From Utricularia gibba (lineage: Eukaryota > Plantae > Magnoliophyta), in contig NEEC01000027.1 of NCBI GenBank assembly GCA_002189035.1, positions 372,001-436,000 on the forward strand: DNA of 64,000 bases. The letters run 5' to 3'. Position numbers and translations under genes: made by a program. Positions 24,678 through 37,875 of this stretch are shown here, piece by piece. The notes under the pieces were generated by a model that was not told the DNA's origin, made no database searches, and was given only the letters and a program-made list of their open reading frames with translations. Position 1 is the first letter of the stretch. The number at the start of each line of letters is the position of its first letter.

Positions 24678-27644
24678 ACCAACTCCAAAGACAACAACTT
24701 TTTCCCCCTTTTTTCCGCCACAAACTAACTAACACATTCATTCACCCTCGGCTCCTGTTCTTCCATTTCAATCCAACAAACTCACAGAGCACAGCTTGCT
24801 TCCAGCTCCAGACCCTGAAAAGATAGGTGGTTCAGAGAGAGAAAAAGAAGTGAGAACAACAGAGGGTCAAAACCCAGAGGCAGTGAGGTAACATGGTATA
24901 AATATTGAATTGCGGATGGATGAGGCATTGAAAGAGGGGAAGGAAGTAGACAGAGCTGCTGGTCACATGGCATGTGATACCGATCTCTCTCCATTCCCCT
25001 CCCTCTACACCATACCTTATCAATCCATTAATTTTTCTTAATGACATATACGCTATCAAAATGCTTCATCATCCAGACATGCGTAAGACAAAAATACCGT
25101 AAGCAAATATTCAGCTGAAACTGATGTTCAATACCTTCCCACCCCCCGTCTTCATTACCCACGAGACCAGGTCTCAGTTCTGGGTCGATTTTCTCGAACT
25201 CGTCAAAAGCACCCTCCTTCCAAAATTTGATCTTTGGAACACAACAGACCCAAAAATGGAACCCAGTGTGTGTAGATGGTCGCCCTACTGTGAGCAGGGA
25301 GAGCATGTACGTGGGGATCCTACGACGAAGGGGGTGCCCAAGATCAATCACTGTCTATTCTAATCAAGATTCGTCAGCCTTGCTAAGGCTAAAGTGGACT
25401 CATTCACTCCTCATTACAAGAATTGAAGGCAACTAAGATCGCATACCACGACCCTGCGCTTTCATCTCTAACCTACGCAGATTGCGTCACCTACTTCAAT
25501 CAACCTACAAATTCTTTCAATCCCAACCCTAACTCCATGTCTTTTAAATATTTTATTATCTAATTTTACATAAAAAAACTTCTTAAATTAAAACACATGT
25601 TTAATTAAGACAATAATATCTCCAAATTAACTGTCTAATTTAATTTAGGATTCCTTGATATCATCGTAATTTTTAAAAAAAAATTAATTTGCAGGTAATA
25701 GATTTCTTTTGAAGAATTATATAAAGCATATGATATTTGCAATCAAAAAATAAAAAATATTAAAACTGCGTATCTTACGTATTCAAGATAATATTTAAAT
25801 TTAATTACATAGTAATTTATTTAATAATGCGATTTTTAAAATAGGTGTTGTTGGGAAATGGTGGATGAAGTTTCCTTCTCTTGTGCAAAATGATGACCAC
25901 TCTAATTTTGTACCTCGCTCGAGTCCCTTTCGCGTATATCGCACCTAATTCTGCAATAAAAAAAGGCCGTATTTCTTAATAAAAAATTCGTATTTTATAT
26001 TCATATCGAGAACCAGAAATAATGACCTCACTCGTGGTCGGCAGTCTGCGAGGGGGCTATTTTAATCCCTTACGCCAATTCCCTTCTGCAGTATTCATTG
26101 CAAACCAACAAAAAAATAATAATTACAATTAGTAAAAATAAATAAAAACCTTTAATTTGGATAAAAGTTAAGAGTATGGATGATTTTACAGTTTTATGTT
26201 TTTTTATTTAAGATAAAATAGATTTTATATAAGATTAAGACGATTATCTATTTAATTATATCTTATGTATTATATATGATATCGATATCAAACCTTGTAC
26301 TCTATTCCTCTTTGTCCATTTAGCAACGATTAACTAAGTGTGCGTTATAATACATTTTTTAAATGATATTATTCGTTTTAGTTACTCAATCATTATAATT
26401 TTATGTTTTTTCATTTTTTAGATGAGAAGTTTTGTAAAATATTAAGTCGGTTTTTTTATTTTTAGGTGTATTATGTTAGCTTTTTCTTTTAGATAATGAT
26501 ATTTTTAAATTAATTGTTCAATTATTTTTTAATCGATTTTGGATGATTTGATTTATGTTTTTATTTCATGTTATCATGTAAAACTGATAACTAGGGGAAT
26601 TGGGATGTGAAGTTTATTTAGTGACGACTCTTGAAATGGACTGTGGAGAAGTGATTAGGATAAACGGGGAACAAAATGGGTGACTTAATTTTAATAATCA
26701 GGATGCAAATCCACATCAGGGTCGCAATTACGGAGTAAATACCCGATGGTAAACCGAGCGAGGCCAAAGGAGGGTGCAGTCCGGGAGGGGGATGAATGGT
26801 CCCTTGTGTTCCCGCCGTCTCTGACGTCCCTCTCTGCTGTGAGAATTCACTTGATTTTTTTAATTCCCCTCTGCTTCGAACGAATCATGCACGCGATTAA
26901 TGAACACCCTGGTGGATCGCATCGAGGGCGCGCCCATCTGTAGATGATCGGATTGATTAACTTGGGTTTGATTGGAGAATGCAGCCGGTTTTGAGGGTTA
27001 TTTGGCCGGGGGTTGAAAATTGAAATCCATGAATCTGTGTGGTAGATCCAGTCTTGTGATGATTTGGATTTTGGGGGAGGTGGGGTATGGGTACTGTTCA
27101 CGGGACCCTTTGGCGGTGCTGTGTTTTTCACCGATCAATCGGCAGGGACGAACAGTGACTTCACGGCGGCCTTCCCGATGCGCCACCGTACTGGGTCGCT
27201 AGAGCGCTGCTGCTGTGAATTACCTTCAGCAGTGGCCCCTTTTTTGATGCAGTTTTTTTAACCCAGAAGGCGTTTGGTTTCTGGGTTGTGAATTGACATG
27301 GCAAGGAGCTCGATTACGAGGTAAATGCACTTCAGCGAAGTCTGGATTTTGTCCCCATGGCCGGAGCTTTGGTTTGGGAGAACAGGCGTTGGGCCGCTGG
27401 GATGGTATGGCGGTTGGTTGGGGGCCTTGTTTAGTTTGCAGGGCCGGACCGGAGACCGGCCCAGTCTCCGTGCCACGTGTGTACTCGAAAGAACCCCAGC
27501 ATCTCATCTGCCTTTATCGCTGCTTTGAACGGCGAGAAAAGCTAAGCAGACTAAACGACACGGCGCCTGGAGAACAAGGCAATCTCAGAAACCGAAACCC
27601 TGCCACGAAGCGATCTACTCGGTTGGTTAGCTGGAGATTTCGCA

Positions 27645-28321
27645 ATGGCGAAGAAGAGAAAATCCGACGCGGCGAGTCTGGATGAGGTGGATCGGAGTAT
27701 GTATTCCTCCTTTTGTAACGCCGCGAATTCCCTGTCGCAGCTCTACACCCATGCGATGCACCAGCAGAACCTCTCGTTTCACGCCGGGGAGCGCCACTCC
27801 TTGGTCTGTACGCAAATCGCCGATCCACGGTTTTCGTTTATTTCCTTGGATTTGTGCCCGATTTTGGCCGCATTCTCTTCGTAGTTCCAATCGTTGACTA
27901 GTCTGTTTCTCAATGCTCATCATCTCTTCCGGCTACAGGAAAAGCTTTGCAATTGGATTCTGAGAGAGCAAGAAAAAGAGGGTAGATTAACAATCGGTAG
28001 CATATTTGCTTACATACAGGTATATTCTTTCCCTGAATCTCTTCTAGGTTTGCTTCAGATTCTGTATCCATGAAATCCTGTGACAATATGCAGAACGAAC
28101 TCGATCATGGAACAGACGAAACTCCATCATCTCCAAGGACAGCCCACCCGCAGCACAATATTATGCAGCAGTTCCCTCACTCTGGGCTCTTGATCTCTTC
28201 CATTGTGTTGACCAATGAAGATCCTCTGAGAACAGGCAAAGTTGAGGGGAACCAATTCAGGGATAACAATCCCCCAATTTCGCATGACATTCCAATGGAG
28301 ATGCACGGGGATAGCCCCTGA
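27645..28321 (+). CDS. Conserved small plant protein, probable HAPSTR1/C16orf72 (DUF4588)-like; exons 27645-27803, 27939-28019, 28094-28321
   Basis: MAKKRKS...LDEVDRSMYSSFCNAANSLSQLYT.AM.QQ.LSFHAGERHSL|EKL..WI...|QNEL pattern with canonical in-frame introns. The family name is from recall. Confidence 0.8.
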
Positions 28322-28603
28322 TGATCATGTTTCTTCTAGCTGAAACCTTGGGTTCCATTCCACACAGAATGTGCCCTGTGCCTGTAAAGTTCAGGAAGTA
28401 GATGATTAACAGCTCTTGTTCTATCGGATATCCTCCAGTATGCAACATTGCCTTGTCCTGGTTATTCAATTCTGTGTTTGAAAAATATTATTTATTAAGA
28501 ATGTGAATTATCAAATATATTATTAAAAAATAGTCTTATTTCATTTATGAATATTATTTTAGTCAAATTTCATCTTATTTTTTATTTGTAATAATCGTAT
28601 ATC

Positions 28604-28830
28604 ATGAGGTATTGGGCTTATTTCGTTAATGGGCTTATTTCGTTAATGGGCTTATTTCGTTAATGGGCTTAACGTGTTATGAGGTATTGGGCCTAAATCG
28701 GGCTAACCATATTAAATATTACAAGAGCTACGGCCCAAAAAATGCCCTGGCATGGGCTAATTGATGGGTGACGGGGTTCAATTCGTATTTCCCACGCGCG
28801 TCGTTGCAGTGTTGATAGAGAAACCCTAAT
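28604..28830 (+). promoter_or_regulatory. RBM39 proximal promoter with site II (TGGGCY) elements and a telo-box
   Basis: Multiple TGGGCT/TGGGCC motifs and AAACCCTAAT at 28821, about 60 nt before the ATG. This combination is typical of plant housekeeping and RNA-processing genes. Confidence 0.6.
28613..28671 (+). repeat. 17-bp tandem repeat TGGGCTTATTTCGTTAA x3.5
   Basis: Identical units at 28613, 28630 and 28647, and a partial unit at 28664. Confidence 0.95.
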
Positions 28831-28884
28831 TCAATTGGAGTGGCACGCGATCCCATCCCCGGCGGGTTTTGTGCTCTGTAATCA

Positions 28885-31800
28885 ATGGATTTCGACGAGT
28901 ATGATTATCTGGAGAAGGCTGTAGAGGAAAACAATGGGTCATCGAAGAAGGATACTCCAGAGAAGGAAAAGGATCGAGAAAGGAGCGACAAGGGCCACAG
29001 GAGAAGGGAAAGGAGTGAGGATTACGGAGCGGACGAAGAAGACAAGGAGAGAAAGAGTAGTAGCAAGAAGTCTAGGCATGAAGGGAGTGCTCGGGACAGA
29101 GAAAAGGAAAGGGAACGGGATCGTGATAGGGAGAAAAGTTCGAGTCATAGAAGCCGCGAGCGAGAGTCTGATAGAGAGAGAAGGGGCTCAAGAGATAGGG
29201 ATAGAACGAGGGATAGAGAGGAGAGGAGAGACAGAGATAGAGAAGAGAGAGAGAGGGAAAAGGAGAGAGAGAGGGAGAAGGAGAGGGAGAGAAGGAGCAG
29301 GAGCCGATCAAGACATGAACGAGAGCGAGAAAGAGAGTTGTTAAGGGAAAGAGAGCGAGATGAAAGCAGGTGATTCATTCATTTTTCCACTCTGTTTAGT
29401 TGCATGATTTATATATCTCGATTGCCTTGTCTTCCTGATTTTTTTTTGGCTGCTTCGTCTTGAGCGTGTCCTGTATGATCCTTATTACCCATTCAAACCA
29501 ATTTTTCTCGTGGAAAGACTTTGGGTTCTTAGATATTTTTTTACTACATTGTATTCAACATAGAAGTGTTTGTGGTTTGAATCATTACTGTTCTCAAAAG
29601 AGTCAAGTGCAGAAGAAAATCATGGGCAGCCTGGGTTTTAGATTTGCTTAGCTAGATTTGAGGTTACGTATCTCTGAGCAGAGATGCTGACCGGTGATAT
29701 GTTCAATTTTTAGGTTGGCAACGCGTGTGGTGAAGCCTTGTCACTTTACCAACATTTTCTTGACTTGGGAGACGAAAATGCTTTGTGTTGATAATTTTGA
29801 CTTTCCCGTGTTATTTTGAGCAGGAATTCCAATAGTGAATTTGTTGTTTGGAGCCCCAGTATAACATACTTGGAATAGGATTCACGTTGAATTCTGTTTT
29901 CTTTAGCTATATGGTATTGGGGTATGCATTGTCCAGGATGCTTGCATATTATTTATCTGTTAATGAACATTTTTCTGGTTTTAGTTAACCATATAGTTTG
30001 GAACTCGAATGAGGGTACGGGCTGGTGATCATGGGTGTGAAAGTTCACGAACCACAGGGCGTATGAGATTTGGTTTGACATCATATGCAGTCTTCTAGGG
30101 ATCTCCTAACGCTGCATTTCTTGTAGTAATTGAGATTTCTTAATCTCCTAGTTTCTTTCTGTGTATTTTTGAGTGGTTATTGCAGGAGGTTCAAGGATAG
30201 AAAGGAAGCAGTGGAACCAGAAGCTGATCCAGAAAGGGACCAGAGAACTGTTTTTGCATTCCAGGTATTAGCTTTAATACTTTCTTATGCGTATGCTGTA
30301 TTTTATTTTTAGTTGATAGTCTGATTTATTTGTTTATTTATTGTTCTTGGTTGTAGATGCCACTCAAGGCATCTGAAAGAGATGTCTTTGAGTTCTTTTC
30401 ACAAGCGGGCAAGGTAACATGTTTCTTCCATGCACTGTTTTAGCGTTTGTCCCTGTACTGCCTTACTTAGTCTGTCGTTGACAGGTGAGGGATGTGAAAC
30501 TGATAATGGATCGAAATTCTCGGCGTTCAAAAGGAGTTGGGTATGTTTTCTTGTCTCTGATTTTCTTAGTTTGACGTTTTTAATTTTCAGTTTCTTGACT
30601 TAAACTAAGGACATCATATTCTCTGGTGGCAGGTATATTGAATTTTATGATGCCATGTCAGTTCCAATGGCTATTGCTCTCTCTGGCCATCAGTTCCTTG
30701 GACAGCCTATAATGGTGAAACCTTCTGAAGCTGAAAAGAATCTTGTTCAGTCAAATGCTTCTGCCGGTGGTTCTGGAGTTACTGGGCCATATGGTGCCAC
30801 TGATCGGAAATTGTATGTTGGAAATCTACATTTCAATATGACAGAATTTCAGCTTAAGCAGGTGATGACCTTATTTTACTTTTTTTTCTTGTCCCAATGC
30901 CTTTCTCTATGTCATAATGAAAACTTCTATTGGTGCCTTTCTTTTCCAGATTTTTGAAGCATTTGGACCTGTTGAGCTTGTTCAGCTTCCGACAGATCCC
31001 GAGACAGGCCATTGCAAAGGTTTCGGGTTTGTTCAAGTCGGTATTTTCTGAACGGAGCAGTTTGCTTCGGGCTCATGCATTTAGAATTGTGCTCTCTCTA
31101 TAGTCATTTCCCTGTAAATTCTGCTGATTGTTGTTTGTCATTGCAGTTCGCACAGCTAGATCATGCTAAAGCAGCTCAAAGCTTGAATGGGAAATTGGAG
31201 ATTGCTGGTCGGACGATCAAGGTAATATATTAAGCCTGTACCTTCGTGTACTGAATTGTAGTTTCGTGCTTGAGGTTATTTCTTATTGTGATTTAAAACT
31301 TTATGTTTTGTATTTTAAAATCATAGGTTTCGTCTGTCACTGATCACGTTGGAGTGCAAGACCCAGGGACAAAAACTGCAGATTTTGATGATGATGAAGG
31401 CGGTGGTCTGGTGAGTGCATACACCTCAATCCTGTAAACAAATCGGACACTGATTTTTCTCCTAAGAGCTTCTTAGCAGTTTTAATGCCAAAAATGAACA
31501 AAAGAAAAACCTGAACTTGAAAATTTAAAATAAGTATGCCAAAAACTATTCTCGTGTTATGGGTTGTCTAGTCATCATGACCTGTTATTCATGTCTTTTC
31601 TGTTATTGCTTTTTCACCCTATGGATCCATGATACCTGCAGGCTTTAAATGCTCAGTCGAGAGCGATGCTCATGGCGAAGCTTGATCGAAGTGGTATAGC
31701 TTCAAGGTAGCCATGTTTATATTATTCATCGAAGGTATCGGTAATGTGAATACTTAGTTTTTGTTCATCGGTTTTCCAGTGTTGTTGGACCTCTCGGTGT

Positions 31801-32470
31801 GCCTGCACTTAATGGGGCTGCCGCTTCAGCCATCCCGATGCCCATCAGTCCTGCTGTTCTTCCAACGGCAGCACAGATGGTTGCCATGGCTCCAGAACCC
31901 ATTGGCACTCCAAGCGAGTGTTTACTGTTGAAGAATATGTTTGACCCAAAAACCGAGGTTGATGCTTCATCATCTGATCTAATTTCTGGGATGAAATGAA
32001 AAGCAGGTTTTAACACGTTATATCTCTGCAACATTGCAGACGGATCCCGAGTTTGATCTGGATATCAAAGAGGATGTCCAAGAGGAATGCTCCAAATACG
32101 GCAGGGTGAAACATATCCATGTCGACAAGTAAGTGTCTCCTCTCTGTGCTATGAATGTCATCCCTTCCATTCAAAGTCCCCGTTGTAAGTTTCTCACCAT
32201 TCTTCCATCAACCACGCAGAAATAGTGCTGGCTATGTTTACCTGAGGCTCGAAAGCGTCGAAGCAGCAACACGCACGCAACAAGCGATGCATAAGCGATG
32301 GTTTGCTCGCCGCTTGATCTCCGCCATATTCCTGGTAGGTTCTTTAATCACCCACCCATCTCATTATCAACTTGGTAAGAAACCAAGTTCCTTCATCTGA
32401 AAGCACTTGCCTTGTCCACGCTTGGCAGCAACCGTACGAATATGACGCCAAGTTCAAAGGCACCGCCTGA
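28885..32470 (+). CDS. RBM39: RBM39/CC1-like splicing factor (RS/RE-rich N-terminus, 3 RRMs), 13 exons; first intron 29370-30185
   Basis: MDFDEYDYLEK start, RE/RS repeats, EADPERDQRTVFA, RKLYVGNLHF, SECLLLKNMFDP, and last exon QPYEYDAKFKGTA*. Frame is intact. Confidence 0.93.
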
Positions 32471-33379
32471 CCAAAAAACAAGCATGAGGGCAGCAGGTGG
32501 TTCCTTCCTTCCTACCCAATGCTCCACATGAATTAACAGTGGGTTGTGTCCGTCTGTCTGTATTTGGATGCAAGTAGTTGTCTTTTGGGGGGATGACTGA
32601 CACTTGAGTTTTATCAGATTAGTAGTTCCTGTTCGACTGTGATTGATCCCATGGCCCCTCTATATGCAGACATCCACATTCATTCGTCATTTAAATTTGG
32701 GTTTCATGTGCATTTTGACTCATTCTTGAAACTTTCATGCCCTCAACATTGCAAGATTAAATTGGAGTTGGAGGGGCACCGTCACGTGGCATAATTGAAA
32801 GCAAGAAGCTTTAAAACGTCAGTGGCGAGTGCCCCCTTTTTGTTGGTAAGAAACCCACAAAAGCGAAAGCGACAAGCGGCGCCCACCACCTCGCCAGAAA
32901 TGGTCTCATCCACGCAGGCTCAACCGTCACCATTTACGCACGTGATAATAATGATTCTTTTCTTTTCTTTTTTTTTCCCCAACTTTACTGAATAACCTGG
33001 ACGATAATTGTTGTATTATATGCCAGACTGTAAAAGGGCAGGCACGCTAAGGTTCACTGGTGTTTTGTCTGGCGCTGGCTGGGCACCGGCTGAGCATGTG
33101 TTGCAGTATTTGTTTGAATCATCCGTTGTTGAATTGAATCAACGAGACAGAAAGATGCAGGTTCTGAGAATCCCTTCAAATATTCCTCTTTTAAGAGAAA
33201 GAAAAGGTTGAAGGAAATTGAGGGACTCCACGATAAAGCCAACAGTCCCCAGGCCACAGCAAGTAGGAGGAGGGAAAGTTCCTCCTCTGCACATCCCTAA
33301 CTTTCATGTGATTCAACCCCACCTTTGTGCATCCATAAATACCATCCTCCATCTTTCGTGTTAATGGAGAATTAGCAAA

Positions 33380-35009
33380 ATGGAGGTTAAGAAGCAGGTT
33401 TGGGCGGCTGTTTTCCTCATCCAGATCATCTACGCCGGCTATTTCTTGCTCACGAAGCTCGCTTTCGACGTCGGGATGAACACTTTAGTGTTTGTTTTCT
33501 ACAGACAAGCTGCCGCTGCTCTCTTCTTGATCCCTTTTGCCTTCTTCTTGGAACGGTGACCCCCTCTAATATAACCTGCAGTTAGCTGTCTGCTGCTGCT
33601 GTTTGTTACTGAATAAGGAAGTAGTATGCTGATGTTTCTTGTTTTCCGTTTCAGGAAAGAAGCCCCCCTCTCTCCTTTTCCATATTCTTGAAGATCTTCA
33701 TGCTCTCTCTACTTGGGTAGGTTACAAACAAATGAAAAGGGGGTTGCTTTTCTTAACAAGGAAACAGAATCTTATTCCGCCCTGTTTCCTAATTTGTTGT
33801 GTTGCAGCATCACCGTGAGTTTGGAATTGAACGGTGTAGCCTTGATGGAAACCACTGCGTCGCTTGGAGCTGCGACCACCAATACTCTCCCGGTGATCAC
33901 CTTTTTTCTCGCCGTGCTGTTTAGGTAAATACTCGTGCGCCCTAAATTTTCTCTAGGGTTTGTCTTCAGACGTCTCTTCAGATGGACCCTAAATTTGGAA
34001 TTTGAACAGAATGGAAAAGCTGAAGCTGAAGACGAGCCCAGGGTTAATGAAGATGGGTGGAATCATTCTAAGCATAGCGGGGGCTGTGATCATTGCCTTC
34101 TACAAAGGTCCACTGCTGAAGCTGGTTTCCCATCACAGCTTCCACAGTATTCATGTCGATAGAGCAATCCCTCCTCCTAACCGGTGCTGGATCAAAGGCG
34201 TCTTCCTCATGCTTCTGTCCAACTTCACTTGGTCTCTGTGGATGATTCTCCAAGTATCTTCTTTGCATACACTTCTCTTCCTCCTATACTGCGACTGCAA
34301 AAGCAAATTAACTGGTTTTCCTTCTGATTCACTAGGGATTTGTACTGAAATCATACCCTTCCAAGCTGCTGCTGACTACCCAACAATGCTGCTTGAGCAC
34401 AGTTCAGTCCTTCGTGGTGGCCATGGCTTTCTCAAGAGACCCCTCTGAGTGGAGACTCGGTTTCAACTTTAGACTTTTATCAGTCCTCTACTCAGTAAGC
34501 CCCCCCTCCCTTTTTCTCCCCACTCCTCAATTGTCCGTTGCACACATACCTGAGCTTTTATCTTCTTCGAGCCGCGCAGGGGTCGTGGTGACCGGAGTCA
34601 CCTTTTACCTACAGTCGTGGGTGATTCAGAAGAAAGGCCCGGTTTTTCTAGCAACCACCACTCCAATGATCTTGGTTTTCACCATGATTCTCTCGGTGGC
34701 CGTCTTGGGAGAAGTTCTGAGCATGGGAAGGTGACTCCATTGTACCCATGCTGACACACTTACAACAAGTGACTGTAGATACTGAAAAACTTCCCGTATG
34801 ACAGGGTTTTGGGCGCAGTTTTGCTCGTCGGAGGCCTGTATTTTGTGCTCTGGGGAAAGATGAAAGAAGAGAAGAGAGACTTGGGGGAGATCCTGCCCAT
34901 CCGCGACGCTGAGAAAGGCAATGGAGAGGAGCTAAAGGAACAAAATGGACAGCAGAAGGTTCCTACACCTGCAACTCCCGCATCTTGCAGTTCCTCTATT
35001 AATGATTAG
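33380..35009 (+). CDS. WAT1-related (UMAMIT/MtN21, EamA) transporter, 7 exons, with two apparent 1-nt frameshifts (33663-33668 and 34579-34582)
   Basis: VFVFYRQAAAALFL, ATTNTLPVITF, WIKGVFLML, SWVIQKKGPVF and GAVLLVGGLYFVLWGK. As assembled the spliced frame breaks twice, so this is either an assembly error or a pseudogene. Confidence 0.85.
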
Positions 35010-36062
35010 GCAAATGTGCATTAGTTGAATAAACGACGACACGTTTGTTGTAATAAGGTGGACTTGAATGTATGATACGTACCATATGTGCTTCCCTCCT
35101 TGAAAAGGAAATATAAGTTTTTTTTTTTATTGTTCTTTCCTATTCTGTAACTGGGCCGATACCGCCAGGCTCACCACTTTACTGGGCCCACGAACGAGCT
35201 GATCAGGCCCGACTATTATCATGATCTTAACCACAATCATTAATCTTGATCCCGTATTTGTAACCGTTTACTTTCTTAATTGGTAACAGGTGTTTCGATT
35301 GTGATTTTGGAAATTTTTATTTAAATTAAATTTTTTATAAAGATTTTAATTTTAAATAGATTTTAGATATTTTTTTTGAAACCATTTACAAGAATAATAT
35401 TTTACGTGGATCAAATTATATGATTCAAAAAATCAAAAAATTTAATAATAATTTAAATTTTTATAATTAGAGTTAGGCATTTTTAGTTGTTTTTTTTAAA
35501 AAAAATCTTGTTGATAAAATTTTTTTTACTTAATTCTAGACTTATTTATTTATGGAAAAAAAGGAGTAAAATAGTTTATTTTTATACCTTTTAGCTAATT
35601 CAAAATTATAATGCAAATATTTCTATGCAACTAAATTTAAGATTATCAAATTCATTATCTATCAAATATATTTTAAAATTTAAATTGATAAATTTCATTT
35701 TATTTTAAAGGGTATAACATAAAGTTTAGCTTTTTCTATTTTCATAATTTTTTCTGGGAAATTAGAATTATAATTAAGATCAATATATGTGAAGTTTGGT
35801 TATTGAAGGTGGAGATGTTCGGTCAAAGGTACGTTGAAATTGTTAACGGTCATATGGTGATTCCGAGGATATTATAGAGTGAGTGCCGGAGCATTAAGAT
35901 TGGTGGACCTGCAGGCATTTCCCCCGGTTTTGCGTGCTATAAATACTGTTCCTACATTTCTCCGCGTTCTTCTCCTGAACTCACTCCGCGTTGTCTTCTC
36001 TTGGGGCCGTGTAAAGGACAGAAGAAAGGGGAAGGGGAAGAGAAAGGATCTTTTTTCGTAGA

Positions 36063-37875
36063 ATGGGTGCTTGCGTTAGCAAATTCAATGGTTTGAGTGG
36101 CGGGCAGAGCAATCCGCCGGAATCCAGGGATTTGAAAACAGAGGAAGAAGCGGTTAAGGGTGAGGTGACGCCGGCTGATGAAGTGACGGAGCGCCGATCT
36201 CTGGGATATTTGTTCAAGGAGGTAAAGTTCTGTTTTGAAAATGTTTGATTTTGCTCTGGATGATGAAGGAACGCTTCTCATTGTTCACTTGTTCAAGAAA
36301 TGCTCTCCTTTGGGTTCTTCTCTTCAGCTCTGTCCTTTAGATCGTAGATCTACAATAGATGATTTCATGATTTCTGTTGAACGTATGCATATGTCTGAAA
36401 ATTCACTAGAAAGTCGGTATAAGCACCGATCCAGGTATGCACTGGGGTGATTGAGGTTGGGGTTATCTCTGTTCAGAAAACTTGTTTCACATTGGAAATT
36501 TTGATTCGCCAACACATCTTCTTGAGACACGAAGTCGTTGTTTCTCTTTCACCTTTATTCTAAACCAGCTTGATCGGAATATTCCTGCTAGGAAGTGAGA
36601 CTTGCTTAAAGCACGGAATCGATTTGTTCCTTCGTGTGCATGGTGCCTCTGTTTCACCTTCTCTTTTCTTTGTGAAGCGTTCTTTTTGGATTCTGTGAAT
36701 TCCCGCTTTCTCATTGTTCAAAGCGAGCACTTTCTGAATGCGTTGGAATGCACCATATCATGTGAACGTACTTATTCTAATGGCATTTTCTTTTTTGATG
36801 GTTATCTTCTCCTGGACCTCCTTTTTGTTTACCTGCATAGAATGAACGAGAGGCGCATGAAGAAAGTGTTAGCCAAGATGCAGCAAATGAACTTGAAGAA
36901 AAGAAAGATGAAAGTATTCCCATTCCAATCGTTGATGATCCTGTGAAGGATGGAACTGAGAAAGCGCCAATCACTGATGAGTTGCCGTCTGAATCTCGAA
37001 GTGTTAGCAAAGATGCAGCAAATGAACTTGAAGAAAAGAAGGATGAAAGTATTCCCATTCCAATCGTTGATGATCCTGTGAAGGATGGAACTGAGAAAGT
37101 GCCAACTGATGAGTTGCCGTCTGAATCTCGAGAGGATATAAAAGTCTCAAACCAAAATGTTGAATTTGAGGCATCTGTGAAAAAAGAAGAAGAGGAAGTG
37201 TTGAAAAATTCGGAAGGAATTGATATTGTTGTGAAGGCTGATGAAAAGCATCCTGGAAAAGAGACAGAGGAGCAAGAAGCCAGCTTGCCTACTGAAAAGG
37301 GCGAGAGAGAAGTTAAACTTGCTGATCTTGAAACAGAAAACAATGCAGCAGATAAACCAGTTCCAGAGCTCCTACATACCACAAAAATTGGAGATGAATC
37401 TGCCACGGGCATGCAACCCGAAAAACGGGTGGTGGCAGTTGAGGATCAGAAACCTGCAACGGATGAGGGGGTCAAACAGGAGGTGCAACCGTCCGATGTT
37501 GCAAATGTCGAAGCATCAGAGAATAAACCGGAATCATCAGATACCAAGAAAGAAATCGCGCAGAAGATGCAAGATTTGGATGCAAGTAAGGTAGAGAAGC
37601 TAGCTGAGACTTCGACATTGCAGAAAGCAGAGACAAAGCAGCAGGAAGAAACTATATCCCTTCCTTTGGATTCAGAGAAACAGGAGACAGAAGGCGACCT
37701 GGTTGAAAATTCAAACATAGAATCCTCTCAAAAGGTTCCCACGGAGCACCCAGAAACCGTGAAGGAAACCATTATAAAGGAGAAAAACAATGATAGCAAG
37801 AATCAAGAATCCTCAGAGATTAGAAAGGAGCAACAGATTGCTGCTGTGGGAGAAGCATCTAAAGCAGAGCAGTGA
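36063..37875 (+). CDS. Uncharacterised acidic, probably disordered protein with putative N-myristoylation/S-acylation signal; exons 36063-36221, 36841-37875
   Basis: MGACVSK N-terminus (G2, C4, S6, K7), RRSLGYLFKE motif before a phase-0 GT-AG intron, then a long E/K/D-rich exon in frame. Confidence 0.75.
36865..37131 (+). repeat. In-frame coding tandem duplication (135 + 132 bp)
   Basis: Units 36865-36999 and 37000-37131 differ by three substitutions and one 3-bp indel. Confidence 0.95.

Noticed and set aside
25124-25363. ORF with faint resemblance to Ty3/gypsy integrase (SQFWVDFLEL)
   Set aside because: No catalytic D or downstream HPQTDG-type motif, and no LTR, PBS or other pol domains nearby.
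26277-26290. Perfect 14-bp palindrome TGATATCGATATCA
   Set aside because: Isolated in very AT-rich DNA with no associated element ends; likely chance.
28613-28671. CRISPR-like repeat
   Set aside because: The units are directly adjacent with no spacers, the context is eukaryotic, and there are no cas genes.
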